A program made the translations under genes and the position numbers. Source: Nitrospirota bacterium (lineage in GTDB: Bacteria; Nitrospirota; Thermodesulfovibrionia; Thermodesulfovibrionales; Dissulfurispiraceae). From it: a DNA stretch of 59,006 nt. The DNA is taken from assembly GCA_040758355.1 (NCBI GenBank), contig JBFLWF010000015.1, forward strand, positions 1-59,006, in the 5' to 3' direction. This document shows positions 47,213-56,643 of this stretch, piece by piece (position 1 is the stretch's first letter; each line of letters starts with the position of its first letter). The notes below the pieces were generated by a model. That model searched no databases and had not been told where the DNA came from. It worked only from the letters and a program-made list of their open reading frames with translations.

Positions 47213-48096
47213 AAGAGATAGTTGTATTAAGCGGAAAAGGCGGGGTGGGCAAATCCACAATCACTGCATCCCTCGGCTCTATCCTGTCAGATGAATATAG
47301 AGTGGTCATGTCAGATACGGATGTGGATGCCCCCAATCTTGCCTTATTCTTTCATGCATCGCTGAATAAGTCATGGGATATACAGGCATCTGAGAAGGCA
47401 TTTATTGATTATGAGAAGTGTTCAGGATGTCTTGCCTGTGTGGATGCATGCAGATTTTCCTCAATGGTCATTTTTAATGATAAACCCTTTGTTGTTCCAT
47501 TTTCGTGTGAAGGCTGCGGCGCATGCGCCATTGTCTGCCCTGAAAATGCCATTGAGATAAAGGCAGCAAGAAACGGTAAGATCAATGTTTTTGATACGGA
47601 AAAGGCAGTGATTGTATCCGGTGAACTCAAGATTGGTGAAAGCAGTTCGGGCCGTCTTGTTGATGTAGTCAAAAGGGCGGTAAGGCAGAAGGCGGAGGAA
47701 ACCAATGCTGATTTGATACTAACGGATGGGCCTCCGGGCATAGGATGTCCTGTGATAGCATCCATAAGAGGCAGCGATTATGTGATTGCAGTTACAGAGC
47801 CTACACCTGCAGCGCTCCATGACCTGAAGAGGCTCCTTGAGGTTATAGGATACTTTAAGATACCGACAGGAATAGTGGTAAACAAGTCTGATATACATAT
47901 GAAATCGAGACAGGCAATAATGGATTTTGCAGAGGAGAGAGGGATTCCCGTCCTTGCAGAGATACCTTATGACATGAGCATTCCAAAGGCAATTGCAAAG
48001 GCAGTGCCCGTGATAAAGACATATCCTGAGTCTCCGGCGTCAAAGGCCATTTTTGAGCTTGCAGATAAGATGAAAAGTATGATTGCAGGGATGTGA
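47209..48096 (+). CDS. MinD-superfamily P-loop ATPase with inserted ferredoxin domain (paralog)
   Basis: 'SGKGGVGKS', 'CSGCLACVDAC', 'CEGCGACAIVCP', 'DGPPGIGCPVIAS'. Confidence 0.9.
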   Translation: MKEIVVLSGKGGVGKSTITASLGSILSDEYRVVMSDTDVDAPNLALFFHASLNKSWDIQASEKAFIDYEKCSGCLACVDACRFSSMVIFNDKPFVVPFSCEGCGACAIVCPENAIEIKAARNGKINVFDTEKAVIVSGELKIGESSSGRLVDVVKRAVRQKAEETNADLILTDGPPGIGCPVIASIRGSDYVIAVTEPTPAALHDLKRLLEVIGYFKIPTGIVVNKSDIHMKSRQAIMDFAEERGIPVLAEIPYDMSIPKAIAKAVPVIKTYPESPASKAIFELADKMKSMIAGM

Positions 48097-48097
48097 A

Positions 48098-49285
48098 ATG
48101 GGCAATAATATGGAAGTTAACGACGGCAAAAGACTTGCTGTCTTATCCATGAGTCTTAACATTGCCCTCACCGCTGTGCTCTTTACTCTTTATCTCTTTA
48201 CAGGTAGTTCAGCCCTTCTTGCCGAGTCAGTGCATTTCTTTACCGATGTTATCGCCTCCCTTCTCATAATAGCGGGCATATATCTATCCGAGAAGAAATC
48301 GGAAAAATTCCCGTGGGGATTATACAAGGTTGAAAATATAGCGGCAACGCTTCTATCAATCCTGATATTCCTCTCCTCATATGAAATTGCAAGGACGATA
48401 TTCAAACCCTCCTCTGAAGGCATTAGAAATATTGATATAACTTTGATAGTCCTATTTCTAATGGCAATGCCGATAATGCTTTTTTCAAGATATGAAACAA
48501 AAGGGGCAAGAAAGCTCAATTCCCCATCGCTAATGGCCGATGCTTTGCACTGGAAAGCGGATATCGCACCCCTCGCTATTGCGGCAGTCAGTCTCATTGG
48601 CGCGAAGTTTTCTTATCCGGTTGTGGATAAAATCGCTGCTTCCATAATTCTTGTGTTTGTTGTTAAATCCGGCTATGAGATCATCAGGGATTCCATGAAG
48701 AGCCTCCTCGATGCATCTGTTGACAGGAAGACGCTAAAGGATATAGATGAAGTGATAAAAGGTTTTCCACAGGTGACGGAAATAGTCTCTTTGAACGCAA
48801 GGAACTCGGGGAGGTTTATCTTTGTGTATCTGGATCTAAGCCTCTCCCTCAAGAGGCTTAAGGCTGCCCATGAGGTTTCAGGAAGTATCGAAAGGAAGAT
48901 AAGGGAGAATATTCCATTTGTTGACAGGGTCGTCATCCATTATGAGCCTGAAAGAAAGGACTATTTAAGATATGCCGTGCCTCTTGCAAATACAGAAGGA
49001 GATATCTCAGAACATTTTGGCAGCGCCCCATTCATAGCTATATGGGATAAGCGGATATCCGATGCAGCTTTGTTGTCTCAGGAGATGCTAAAAAATCCAT
49101 TTCTACAAATGGAAAAGGGAAAGGGGATAAGGCTTGCGGAACTCCTTGTGGAAAAGGGAATCGATATCCTTTATTTAAAGGAAGATTTTGAAGGCAAGGG
49201 CCCGGAGTATGTCCTTTCCGATGCCGAAGTTGATGTAAGAAAAACATCCTTGCAAAATCTGAAGGAACTGATAGAATTGAAATAG
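48098..49285 (+). CDS. Cation diffusion facilitator with C-terminal NifX-like domain
   Basis: 'ESVHFFTD', 'ADALHWKAD', ZT dimer region 'VVIHYEP', then 'ISEHFGSAP'. Confidence 0.88.
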   Translation: MGNNMEVNDGKRLAVLSMSLNIALTAVLFTLYLFTGSSALLAESVHFFTDVIASLLIIAGIYLSEKKSEKFPWGLYKVENIAATLLSILIFLSSYEIARTIFKPSSEGIRNIDITLIVLFLMAMPIMLFSRYETKGARKLNSPSLMADALHWKADIAPLAIAAVSLIGAKFSYPVVDKIAASIILVFVVKSGYEIIRDSMKSLLDASVDRKTLKDIDEVIKGFPQVTEIVSLNARNSGRFIFVYLDLSLSLKRLKAAHEVSGSIERKIRENIPFVDRVVIHYEPERKDYLRYAVPLANTEGDISEHFGSAPFIAIWDKRISDAALLSQEMLKNPFLQMEKGKGIRLAELLVEKGIDILYLKEDFEGKGPEYVLSDAEVDVRKTSLQNLKELIELK

Positions 49286-49316
49286 GCAATCATTTTGGAA
49301 AAAAGGAGGATACAAA

Positions 49317-50120
49317 ATGAGAAGGATAGAAAAGAAAAAGAATGCCTTTATTATGCTTTGCACTATTCTTGCATTTGTAATATTGACCTTACAGACATCG
49401 CCGGTGCTTGCAAGATCAACGGGTGAGAAATTATATCTGCAGCATTGCGCTGCTTGTCATCAACCTGATGGCAGAGGAATCCCTGGTTTCTTCCCGGCAT
49501 TGGCAGGTAATCCGCTTGTCACATCTGAGGAACCTGCAAAGGTTCAGGAATATCTTGAAAGAATCATCTTTGGTTACCACGGCGCATTGACGGTAAGAGG
49601 TGAACTCTATGCCGGCACTATGCCGCCCATTGGATACTTTGGACGCCTTAGTGACAGCGAACTTTTGGATCTTATTAATTACCAGAGGACAGCCTGGGGG
49701 AATAAAGCAAAACAAATAGCGCTTTCAGATCTTAAAATGGCCCGTGACAGATGGGGGTTCCTGGCGGAAATAGAAGATTTATGTATTGTGCAATATGATA
49801 GGGAGAGTGTCTCTTATCTACCTGATGGCCGCGTCAGCGCATTGATGAGGACATCCCATAACCCAAAATGTAAGGAATATAAAGAAATAATTAATTTATT
49901 GAAGAAACTTGGAAAGAGGTATGAAGACTTTCAATATAATATGGACCTTTATGAAATAAACTGTAGAAAGAATACCTTTAAATTATTAGAGACATCCCAT
50001 CTTACAAGAGATGGGAAAACCATCCATTCCTTTAAGCACAAAGGTGATGAACTGGAAATCCCTGCAGGTAGCGTCCTGAACATATTGAAAGACATTGTGT
50101 GCAAGAAAGAACGAAGGTAA
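49317..50120 (+). CDS. Exported monoheme cytochrome c fused to a C-terminal Cys-containing domain
   Basis: Signal peptide; 'CAACHQPDGRG.PG.FPALAG', axial Met candidate 'GTMPP'; about 120-aa C-terminal extension. Confidence 0.82.
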   Translation: MRRIEKKKNAFIMLCTILAFVILTLQTSPVLARSTGEKLYLQHCAACHQPDGRGIPGFFPALAGNPLVTSEEPAKVQEYLERIIFGYHGALTVRGELYAGTMPPIGYFGRLSDSELLDLINYQRTAWGNKAKQIALSDLKMARDRWGFLAEIEDLCIVQYDRESVSYLPDGRVSALMRTSHNPKCKEYKEIINLLKKLGKRYEDFQYNMDLYEINCRKNTFKLLETSHLTRDGKTIHSFKHKGDELEIPAGSVLNILKDIVCKKERR

Positions 50121-50224
50121 TTCATAAGGGGGGGCAGTTCAGTCAATCTGATTGAAGTAAAGGGCAGTTATGGAAGCAGTCTTTAAATAGCTGCTGAGTT
50201 GTTTTTATTAAAACAGAACCGATA

Positions 50225-50360
50225 ATGTCATTCCTGCAAAAGCAGGAATCCATGGCTTCTTGTAAACGGGAATCTATTCCCTTTGTATATTTTCTTGCTT
50301 CTGTATGGCCTGTCCTATTAAGGGACGGCGTCTGGATTCCCACCCTCGCGGGAATGACAT
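50225..50360. repeat. Paired attcc-N-ggaat palindromes (dRS3/REP-like element)
   Basis: gtcattcctgcaaaagcaggaatcca ... tggattcccaccctcgcgggaatgac. Confidence 0.8.
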
Positions 50361-50381
50361 CTGTCACTTGTTTAGCTATTT

Positions 50382-51119
50382 ATGCTCATATTCTGGATCA
50401 TCATCTTCAGCCTCCTCGGAAGCATTGGCTCGATTGGCGGAGCTGCGTTGATGCTGTTCTTTCCTGAAAAAGTCAGGAGAACCCTTATCCCCTGTCTTAT
50501 CAGCTACGCCACAGGGACGCTCCTTGGTGCGGCATTTTTAGGCATGATACCCCATGCCCTAAAACACACGCCATCCTTACCCATACTTGCAACTGTGCTG
50601 GTCGGGATCATCCTTTTCTTTCTGCTTGAAAAACTGGTCATCTGGCGCCACTGCCATGATGGGGAATGCGAGGTGCATGGTACTGCAGGCCCCCTCATTC
50701 TCTTTGGAGACGCCTTCCACAATTTTGTAGATGGAGTGGTTATTGCAGCGGCGTTCCTTATATCCATTCCGTTGGGAGTGGCAACTGCTCTCGCAGTAGT
50801 CGCCCATGAGCTCCCACAGGAGATAGGGGATTTTGGCATCCTTCTGGATAGCGGCTATTCGAGGAAAAAGGCCTTCATTTATAACTTTCTGTCTTCAATT
50901 GCCACCCTTCCAGGGGCATTAGTTGCTTTTCTGTATTTGAAGACAACAGAGGCAGCAGTGCCCTATATCCTTGCCCTTTCTGCTGCCAGTTTTATTTACA
51001 TTGCGACGGCTGACCTCATTCCAATGCTTCACAGAAAAGCGGGTTTAAAGGTCAGCGCCAGGCAGTTTGCGCTGCTCCTGGCAGGCGTAGGAACTATTTT
51101 ATTCTTCCACCATGGGTAG
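50382..51119 (+). CDS. ZIP family metal transporter
   Basis: 'WRHCHDGECEVH', 'GDAFHNFVDG', 'AHELPQEIGDF'. Confidence 0.93.
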   Translation: MLIFWIIIFSLLGSIGSIGGAALMLFFPEKVRRTLIPCLISYATGTLLGAAFLGMIPHALKHTPSLPILATVLVGIILFFLLEKLVIWRHCHDGECEVHGTAGPLILFGDAFHNFVDGVVIAAAFLISIPLGVATALAVVAHELPQEIGDFGILLDSGYSRKKAFIYNFLSSIATLPGALVAFLYLKTTEAAVPYILALSAASFIYIATADLIPMLHRKAGLKVSARQFALLLAGVGTILFFHHG

Positions 51120-51188
51120 AGAGGAGGCGATGCACACAGTTTCTCGGGATCGGGACTCGTTTATTAATAACCTTCAAACCGAAAGGAG

Positions 51189-51431
51189 GTGAAAATCATG
51201 CCAATAAGATTAAGAAGACGTATGCGTCTCTACTGGCCATATTGTCGGTATGAGGGATGGGGATGGCACCACCCCTATGGCCCATACGCAGCTCCTCCAC
51301 CGCCTCCATGGTGGACGGAAAGGCCGACCGCAGAAGATGAGATAGAAGACCTCAAGGAACATATCGAGATGCTTAAGGAGGAATTAAAGGCTGCTGAGGA
51401 AGACCTCAAGGAACTGGAGAAGTCCAAGTGA
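51189..51431 (+). CDS. Small DUF5320-like protein (aromatic/Pro-rich N-terminus, C-terminal coiled coil)
   Basis: AAGGAGG RBS; 'GWGWHHPYGPY..PPPP', 'EIEDLKEHIEMLKEEL...EEDLKELE'; exact start uncertain. Confidence 0.6.
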   Translation: MKIMPIRLRRRMRLYWPYCRYEGWGWHHPYGPYAAPPPPPWWTERPTAEDEIEDLKEHIEMLKEELKAAEEDLKELEKSK

Positions 51432-51494
51432 TAGTATTGGCCCTGATGGAGGGGCATGAAGCCCCTCCGAAGATAAAAACCGCAGGAGAAACTT

Positions 51495-52499
51495 ATGCAT
51501 AAAAGCAGACTTGAAAAGGGAGGGTTTCCCCTTGAAGGTATAAACATGGCCCTCTGTGAAAACCCACTCCCTCCCATAGATGAGGCAATAGAGGCAGCTA
51601 AGGCAGAAGCGCCCTTGAGCAACCACTATACAGAGCCATATTCATGGAAGCTGAAAGAGAAAATATCAGATTATGCCAATGTGCCTGTGGAGAATATCCA
51701 CATAAACGCCGGCTCCGAGCTTATACTCCGCCAGTTATTTTTACTTTATGGGCATAGGGTTCATTTGATATCCCCTACCTATTACCTCTTTGAGGAGATA
51801 GCTGAAAACAAGACATATACATTTCTGGACGAAAAAGAGGATTTCCTTTTTGACATGAAAAAGCTCGAAATACCGAAGGATACGACCCTTGCAGTAATCG
51901 TAAACCTCAATAATCCCACAGGCACTATCTTTGATATAAAAGAAAATTTGGGGATTATCGAGACGCACCCTGATGCAATGTTCCTGATTGATGAGGCATT
52001 CATCGAATTCGGAGGAGAGCCGGCAACAGACCTGATTTTTGCATACAAGAATGTCATTATAACTAGGACATTCTCAAAGGCATTCAGCCTGGCAGGATGC
52101 AGGGTTGGATATGCCATTGCGAATAGAGAATTGATAGACCATTTTAATGGCAGCAATGACGCCTATCCGCTGGCAAGGACTGCAGAGGCCGCAGCCATTG
52201 CATCTCTTGAGCATCTGGATAAGATAAGAGAAAGGGTTAAATTTTTAAAAAATCAGGCAGGGGATTTTGCAAATTCATTACAGAATCTTGGTATTAAGAC
52301 ATATCCTACAGAGACATTTTTCTTCCTCGGCAAAGTGCCTATGGATGCTGATGAATTCGCAAAAGCATTGAGCAAAAAGAATATCAACATCAGGCCGATT
52401 CATCTTGAGGGCATGGAAAATAAGTTTTTAAAATTTGCGGCGTCAACTCCTGAAAACAACAGGACAGTCCTTGAGGCTGTAAAAGAGATTCTGAAATGA
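51495..52499 (+). CDS. PLP-dependent aminotransferase class I/II (HisC/CobD-like)
   Basis: 'CENP', 'NNPTG', 'IDEAFIEF', PLP Lys in 'RTFSKAFSLAG.RVG'. Confidence 0.88.
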   Translation: MHKSRLEKGGFPLEGINMALCENPLPPIDEAIEAAKAEAPLSNHYTEPYSWKLKEKISDYANVPVENIHINAGSELILRQLFLLYGHRVHLISPTYYLFEEIAENKTYTFLDEKEDFLFDMKKLEIPKDTTLAVIVNLNNPTGTIFDIKENLGIIETHPDAMFLIDEAFIEFGGEPATDLIFAYKNVIITRTFSKAFSLAGCRVGYAIANRELIDHFNGSNDAYPLARTAEAAAIASLEHLDKIRERVKFLKNQAGDFANSLQNLGIKTYPTETFFFLGKVPMDADEFAKALSKKNINIRPIHLEGMENKFLKFAASTPENNRTVLEAVKEILK

Positions 52500-53146
52500 C
52501 AAACATTTTCGACATCCTTACCGATAAATACGATGCATGGTATGACTCAGAGGATGGAAGGCCGCTTTATGAAAGTGAGCTTTTGTGCCTAAAGCCATTG
52601 GTCGAAAATGCTTCTAAACCCATCCTCGAAATCGGCGTGGGCACAGGAAGATTTGCAATGCACTTCCATGATGCTATTGGAATCGATCCATCCCTGAATG
52701 CGCTCAAAATGGCGGAAAAAAGAGGGGTGAAAACCGTGCATGGTTATGGAGAGAAGCTTCCCTTTGAGAATGAAACATTCGGCTGCATTCTCATCATCGT
52801 GACATTGTGTTTTGTCGAAAAACCCCTTGATGTACTGAGAGAAGCTAAAAGGGTTCTGAGAAAGAATGGAAGTATCATAATAGGGCTTGTCCCAAAGGAT
52901 TCAGCGTGGGGCATATTTTATGAGGAGAAAAAGAAATCAGGGCATCCCTTTTACAGAGATGCCAGATTCTATACTTTGAAGGACGTTGAGGATATGCTGC
53001 GAACGGCAGGTCTTAAAATTTCGAGAATCAGGAGCACCTTGCTGCAGAGGCCCAATGAGCCACGAAGGATTGAGGAGCCAATTGAAGGATATGTCGAGGA
53101 TGCGGGATTTCTCTGCATAGAGGCAAAGCCCGCAATTGAGGCATAA
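52496..53146 (+). CDS. Class I SAM-dependent methyltransferase
   Basis: 'YDAWY', 'LEIGVGTGRF', 'GIDPS', 'LPF', 'TLCFV'. Confidence 0.9.
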   Translation: MTNIFDILTDKYDAWYDSEDGRPLYESELLCLKPLVENASKPILEIGVGTGRFAMHFHDAIGIDPSLNALKMAEKRGVKTVHGYGEKLPFENETFGCILIIVTLCFVEKPLDVLREAKRVLRKNGSIIIGLVPKDSAWGIFYEEKKKSGHPFYRDARFYTLKDVEDMLRTAGLKISRIRSTLLQRPNEPRRIEEPIEGYVEDAGFLCIEAKPAIEA

Positions 53147-53157
53147 AAATTCAAAAC

Positions 53158-53271
53158 ATGGAAGTCGCCAGTTTTAATGTCAATTCCATAAGGGGCATGG
53201 ACAGATATCGATCCGAGGCTTAGGGAAAGGCATTTGACCATACATTTGTTGTGGCGGAATTCGAAACATAA
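53158..53271 (+). pseudogene. xth: Exodeoxyribonuclease III remnant with a large internal deletion
   Basis: MEVASFNVNSIRG (Xth N-terminus) joined to AWTDIDPRLRER and, after a frameshift, DHTFVVAEFET* (Xth C-terminal SDH region). Confidence 0.7.
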
Positions 53272-53303
53272 TCTTTAAAACTTTTTAGGAGGCGTGGTGT
53301 TTG

Positions 53304-54749
53304 ATGGGAATAGAGATGCTTATCAGGATAGATGAAAATAAGCTTGAAGTCCCTGTCGTCTATAAGGAAGGGATGAGGACAAAGGGTATTATTTATGTGG
53401 ACAGGGTTTTAGAGAAGGAACTTGAATCAGAATCCATTGAGCAGGTTGCCAATGTTGCGACACTTCCGGGCATTGTCGGCTCCTCCATGGCAATGCCTGA
53501 CATACACACAGGCTATGGGTTTCCCATAGGCGGCGTTGCAGCCTTCGATATCAGAGAAGGGGTAATTTCTCCGGGAGGAGTCGGTTATGACATAAACTGC
53601 GGGGTGAGGCTTTTGAGGAGCAATCTCAAAAAGGACATGGTTGTCCCGCGACTAAGGGAGTTAATCGAGGCCCTTTTTCGTGAGATACCGACAGGGGTTG
53701 GCTCAAAGGGCAGGATAAGACTGAGCCCCGAAGAGGAAAGAGAACTGCTCTTAAAGGGGGCGGGATGGGCTGTTGAAAATGGATTTGGTGAACCATCCGA
53801 CCTCGAAAGGATTGAGTCAGGAGGATGCCTTGATGGCGCAGACCCATCTGTGATAAGCCAGAAGGCGTATGAAAGGGGAAAGGCACAGCAGGGAACACTG
53901 GGATCAGGAAACCATTTCCTTGAGGTTCAGCATGTTGACGAGATATACGATGAAAATGCGGCAAAGGCATTGGGTCTGTTTAAAGACCATGTAACGGTCA
54001 TGATACACACAGGCTCAAGGGGATTCGGTCATCAGGTTTGCACTGACTTTCTTGAGGTTATGGGAAGGGCCATCCAGAGATATAATATCCATCTGCCCGA
54101 CAGAGAGCTTGCCTGTGCGCCCCTTGACAGCCCTGAGGCACAGGACTATTTTGGTGCAATGAAGGCTGCCGCAAACTACGCATGGTCAAACAGGCAGTTC
54201 ATTATGCATTGGACGAGGGAGGTTTTTAAGTCCGTATTTAGTGCTTCTTCTGAGGAGTTAGGGATGACGCTCATCTATGATGTAGCCCATAACATAGCAA
54301 AGATAGAGGAACACATCGTTAATGAAGAGAAGAGAAAACTGGTGGTCCACAGAAAGGGAGCTACAAGGGCATTCCCGCCAGGGCATCCGGAGTTGCCGGA
54401 GGTCTACAGGAATCTCGGTCAGCCCGTCCTCATTCCCGGCGACATGGGCAGGGCGTCCTTTGTGCTCATCGGAACAGAGGGGGCAATGAAAGAGACCTTC
54501 GGCTCCACATGTCACGGGGCGGGAAGGGTGATGTCCCGGCACCAGGCAATAAGACAGGCAAAGGGGCGAGCCATATGGCGTGAGATGGAGGACAGGGGAA
54601 TAATCGTAAGGGCTACTGGAAGGGGAACCCTGGCAGAGGAGATGTCAGAGGCATATAAAGACATATCAAATGTCGTAGAAGTTGTGCATAAGGCAGGCAT
54701 TTCAAGAAAAGTTGCTCGACTCAGACCAGTAGGAGTGATAAAGGGGTAA
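53304..54749 (+). CDS. rtcB: RtcB RNA ligase (archaeal-like long form)
   Basis: 'MPDIH.GYGFPIG', 'GVGYDINCG', 'GTLGSGNHF', 'HTGSRG', 'DVAHN', 'HRKGAT', 'HGAGR'. Confidence 0.95.
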   Translation: MGIEMLIRIDENKLEVPVVYKEGMRTKGIIYVDRVLEKELESESIEQVANVATLPGIVGSSMAMPDIHTGYGFPIGGVAAFDIREGVISPGGVGYDINCGVRLLRSNLKKDMVVPRLRELIEALFREIPTGVGSKGRIRLSPEEERELLLKGAGWAVENGFGEPSDLERIESGGCLDGADPSVISQKAYERGKAQQGTLGSGNHFLEVQHVDEIYDENAAKALGLFKDHVTVMIHTGSRGFGHQVCTDFLEVMGRAIQRYNIHLPDRELACAPLDSPEAQDYFGAMKAAANYAWSNRQFIMHWTREVFKSVFSASSEELGMTLIYDVAHNIAKIEEHIVNEEKRKLVVHRKGATRAFPPGHPELPEVYRNLGQPVLIPGDMGRASFVLIGTEGAMKETFGSTCHGAGRVMSRHQAIRQAKGRAIWREMEDRGIIVRATGRGTLAEEMSEAYKDISNVVEVVHKAGISRKVARLRPVGVIKG

Positions 54750-54801
54750 TATTGTTTGTTATGTCAAAATAGAGATGCTGACACAACCTTAAAAAAGCAC
54801 T

Positions 54802-55548
54802 ATGTTGCAAACAACTTATATCGCTGTAATTTTACTGGCATTCCTTTCAGGTCTTACTACATTAATAGGAGTTGCACTTGCACTCTATTTTAGAAAAAGT
54901 ATAAAAGGAATAGTTATCGGAATAGGTTTTTCAGCAGGAATTATGTTGCTGATTTCTTTTTTTGAACTTATACCTGAGTCGGCTGGTGCAGCAGGAATTC
55001 CAGGGACTCTAATAGCTGTACTTTCAGGTATTTTGTTGGTTGGGATTTTGAATTTTGTAATCCCTCATACCCATTTTGTTGAAGAAAAGGGGCATGTTGA
55101 TATCCATTTACTCAAAACAGCTTATTTGGTTGCTTTTGGACTTATCTTGCATGATTTCCCGGAGGGTTTTGCAATGGCCAATTCCTATATTCACTCGCCT
55201 TCTTTAGGATTGTTAGTAGCTTTAGCAATAGCAATTCACAATATTCCGGAGGAATTTGCAATGGCTGTCCCTATTCTACAAACCGGAAAGAAAAAACTTT
55301 TATTTAAAATAGCCTTTCTTTCTGGATTAGCTGAGCCAGCGGGAGCTGTTTTAGGGTTAATTGCAGTGAGTTTTCTTCCTGGTTTAAATCCTCTCTTCAT
55401 GGCTTTTGCTGCAGGCGCCATGATATTTGTTTCAATACATGAATTACTGCCTATGGCTCATAGATATAAGAGAATATCTTTATTTGTCGTAGGAATAATT
55501 TTAAGTATAGTTGTTTATATGGGTCTGGCTGCGTTGATTCCCGAATAA
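54802..55548 (+). CDS. ZIP family (ZupT-like) metal transporter
   Basis: 'GFSAGIML', 'LHDFPEG', 'IAIHNIPEE', 'SGLAEP', 'HELLP'. Confidence 0.92.
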   Translation: MLQTTYIAVILLAFLSGLTTLIGVALALYFRKSIKGIVIGIGFSAGIMLLISFFELIPESAGAAGIPGTLIAVLSGILLVGILNFVIPHTHFVEEKGHVDIHLLKTAYLVAFGLILHDFPEGFAMANSYIHSPSLGLLVALAIAIHNIPEEFAMAVPILQTGKKKLLFKIAFLSGLAEPAGAVLGLIAVSFLPGLNPLFMAFAAGAMIFVSIHELLPMAHRYKRISLFVVGIILSIVVYMGLAALIPE

Positions 55549-55561
55549 TTATTTAATTTCT

Positions 55562-56419
55562 TTGCGGGGTAATGTCTTGGAATATGAACGAAAAGTAATC
55601 ATCTGGATATTATCTGTCTTTCTTTCGGTTATGGCTGCTACAGCATGGGCAACTGACTTTGGGGAAGATGGCATTATGCACGGATCGAGGGAAGTTAAGA
55701 ATCTCGAAATTACAGTAATCTATGACAATAACCCATATGATGATAGATTGGAGACTGCCTGGGGATTTTCCTGCCTCATAAGGGGAACAGAGAAGACAAT
55801 CCTCTTTGATACGGGTGGAGATGGTTCAAGATTGCTGAAGAACATGGGAAAGCTGGGCATCCATCCAGAAGAAATAGATGCAATCATTCTCTCACATATA
55901 CACGGAGATCACGTTGGGGGATTGCGCAGTGTTCTGGAAAAGAATCCAGATGTTATCGTTTATCTTCCAAAATCCTTTCCGGAGAGCTTTAAAGATGGAG
56001 TGAAGGGATGCGGAGCAAGGGTAATTGATGTTCTCGGGCCTTTAAAGATATGTGAAAATGTCTATTCCACCGGCGAAATGGATGGAGGGATAAAAGAGCA
56101 GTCGTTGATTATCAAAACAGAAAAGGGGATTATAGTTATAACAGGATGTGCACACCCTGGTATTGTGGGAATAGTGAAAGAGGCAAGGAATTTGATTGAG
56201 AATAGAGTGCTTTTGGTAATGGGCGGATTTCACTTGAGCGGTAAAAACACATCTGAAATAGAAAACATCATCAGGGATTTCAAGAAATTGGGCGTGCGTT
56301 ATGTCGGCCCCTGCCATTGCACAGGGGACAAGGCAAGACAATTGTTTGAAAGGGAATATCAAGAAAATTATATCGATGCAGGTGCAGGGAAAATTATAAC
56401 CATGGACGATTTGAAATGA
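55562..56419 (+). CDS. Metallo-beta-lactamase-fold hydrolase (COG1237-like)
   Basis: 'WGFSCL', 'LFDTG', 'LSHIHGDHVGG', 'TGCAHPG', 'GGFH', 'PCHCTG'; possible N-terminal signal; start uncertain. Confidence 0.87.
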   Translation: MRGNVLEYERKVIIWILSVFLSVMAATAWATDFGEDGIMHGSREVKNLEITVIYDNNPYDDRLETAWGFSCLIRGTEKTILFDTGGDGSRLLKNMGKLGIHPEEIDAIILSHIHGDHVGGLRSVLEKNPDVIVYLPKSFPESFKDGVKGCGARVIDVLGPLKICENVYSTGEMDGGIKEQSLIIKTEKGIIVITGCAHPGIVGIVKEARNLIENRVLLVMGGFHLSGKNTSEIENIIRDFKKLGVRYVGPCHCTGDKARQLFEREYQENYIDAGAGKIITMDDLK

Positions 56420-56643
56420 AGTTCCTTAGTGAGATAGAAGAAGGCAAAAAGGCGAAGGTACTGCACATCGCTGGCGGTATGGGCGTGAGGCAGCATCTAT
56501 CCACCATTGGCATCCATGTCGGAGATACTGTCCTTGTCAAAAGACATGCTGTATGGGGCGGTCCCATCCTCGTAGAAGTCCACGGAAGCGAGGTGGCATT
56601 GGGAAGGGGTGTTGCCTCAAAGGTTCAGGTGGAGGAGGTGTGA
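56416..56643 (+). CDS. feoA: Ferrous iron transport protein A
   Basis: 'RQHL..IGI..GD.V.V', 'GGPI.VEV.GSEVALGRG.A.KV.VE'. Confidence 0.92.
   Translation: MKFLSEIEEGKKAKVLHIAGGMGVRQHLSTIGIHVGDTVLVKRHAVWGGPILVEVHGSEVALGRGVASKVQVEEV

Noticed and set aside
45867..49285. Nitrogen fixation genes
   Set aside because: NifX-like domains only; no nifHDK/EN, and the ATPases are MinD-ferredoxin type, not NifH
50143..50467. ORFs 50143-50367 (-) and 50225-50467 (+)
   Set aside because: Translations of the attcc/ggaat repeat (VIPARVGIQ), not plausible proteins
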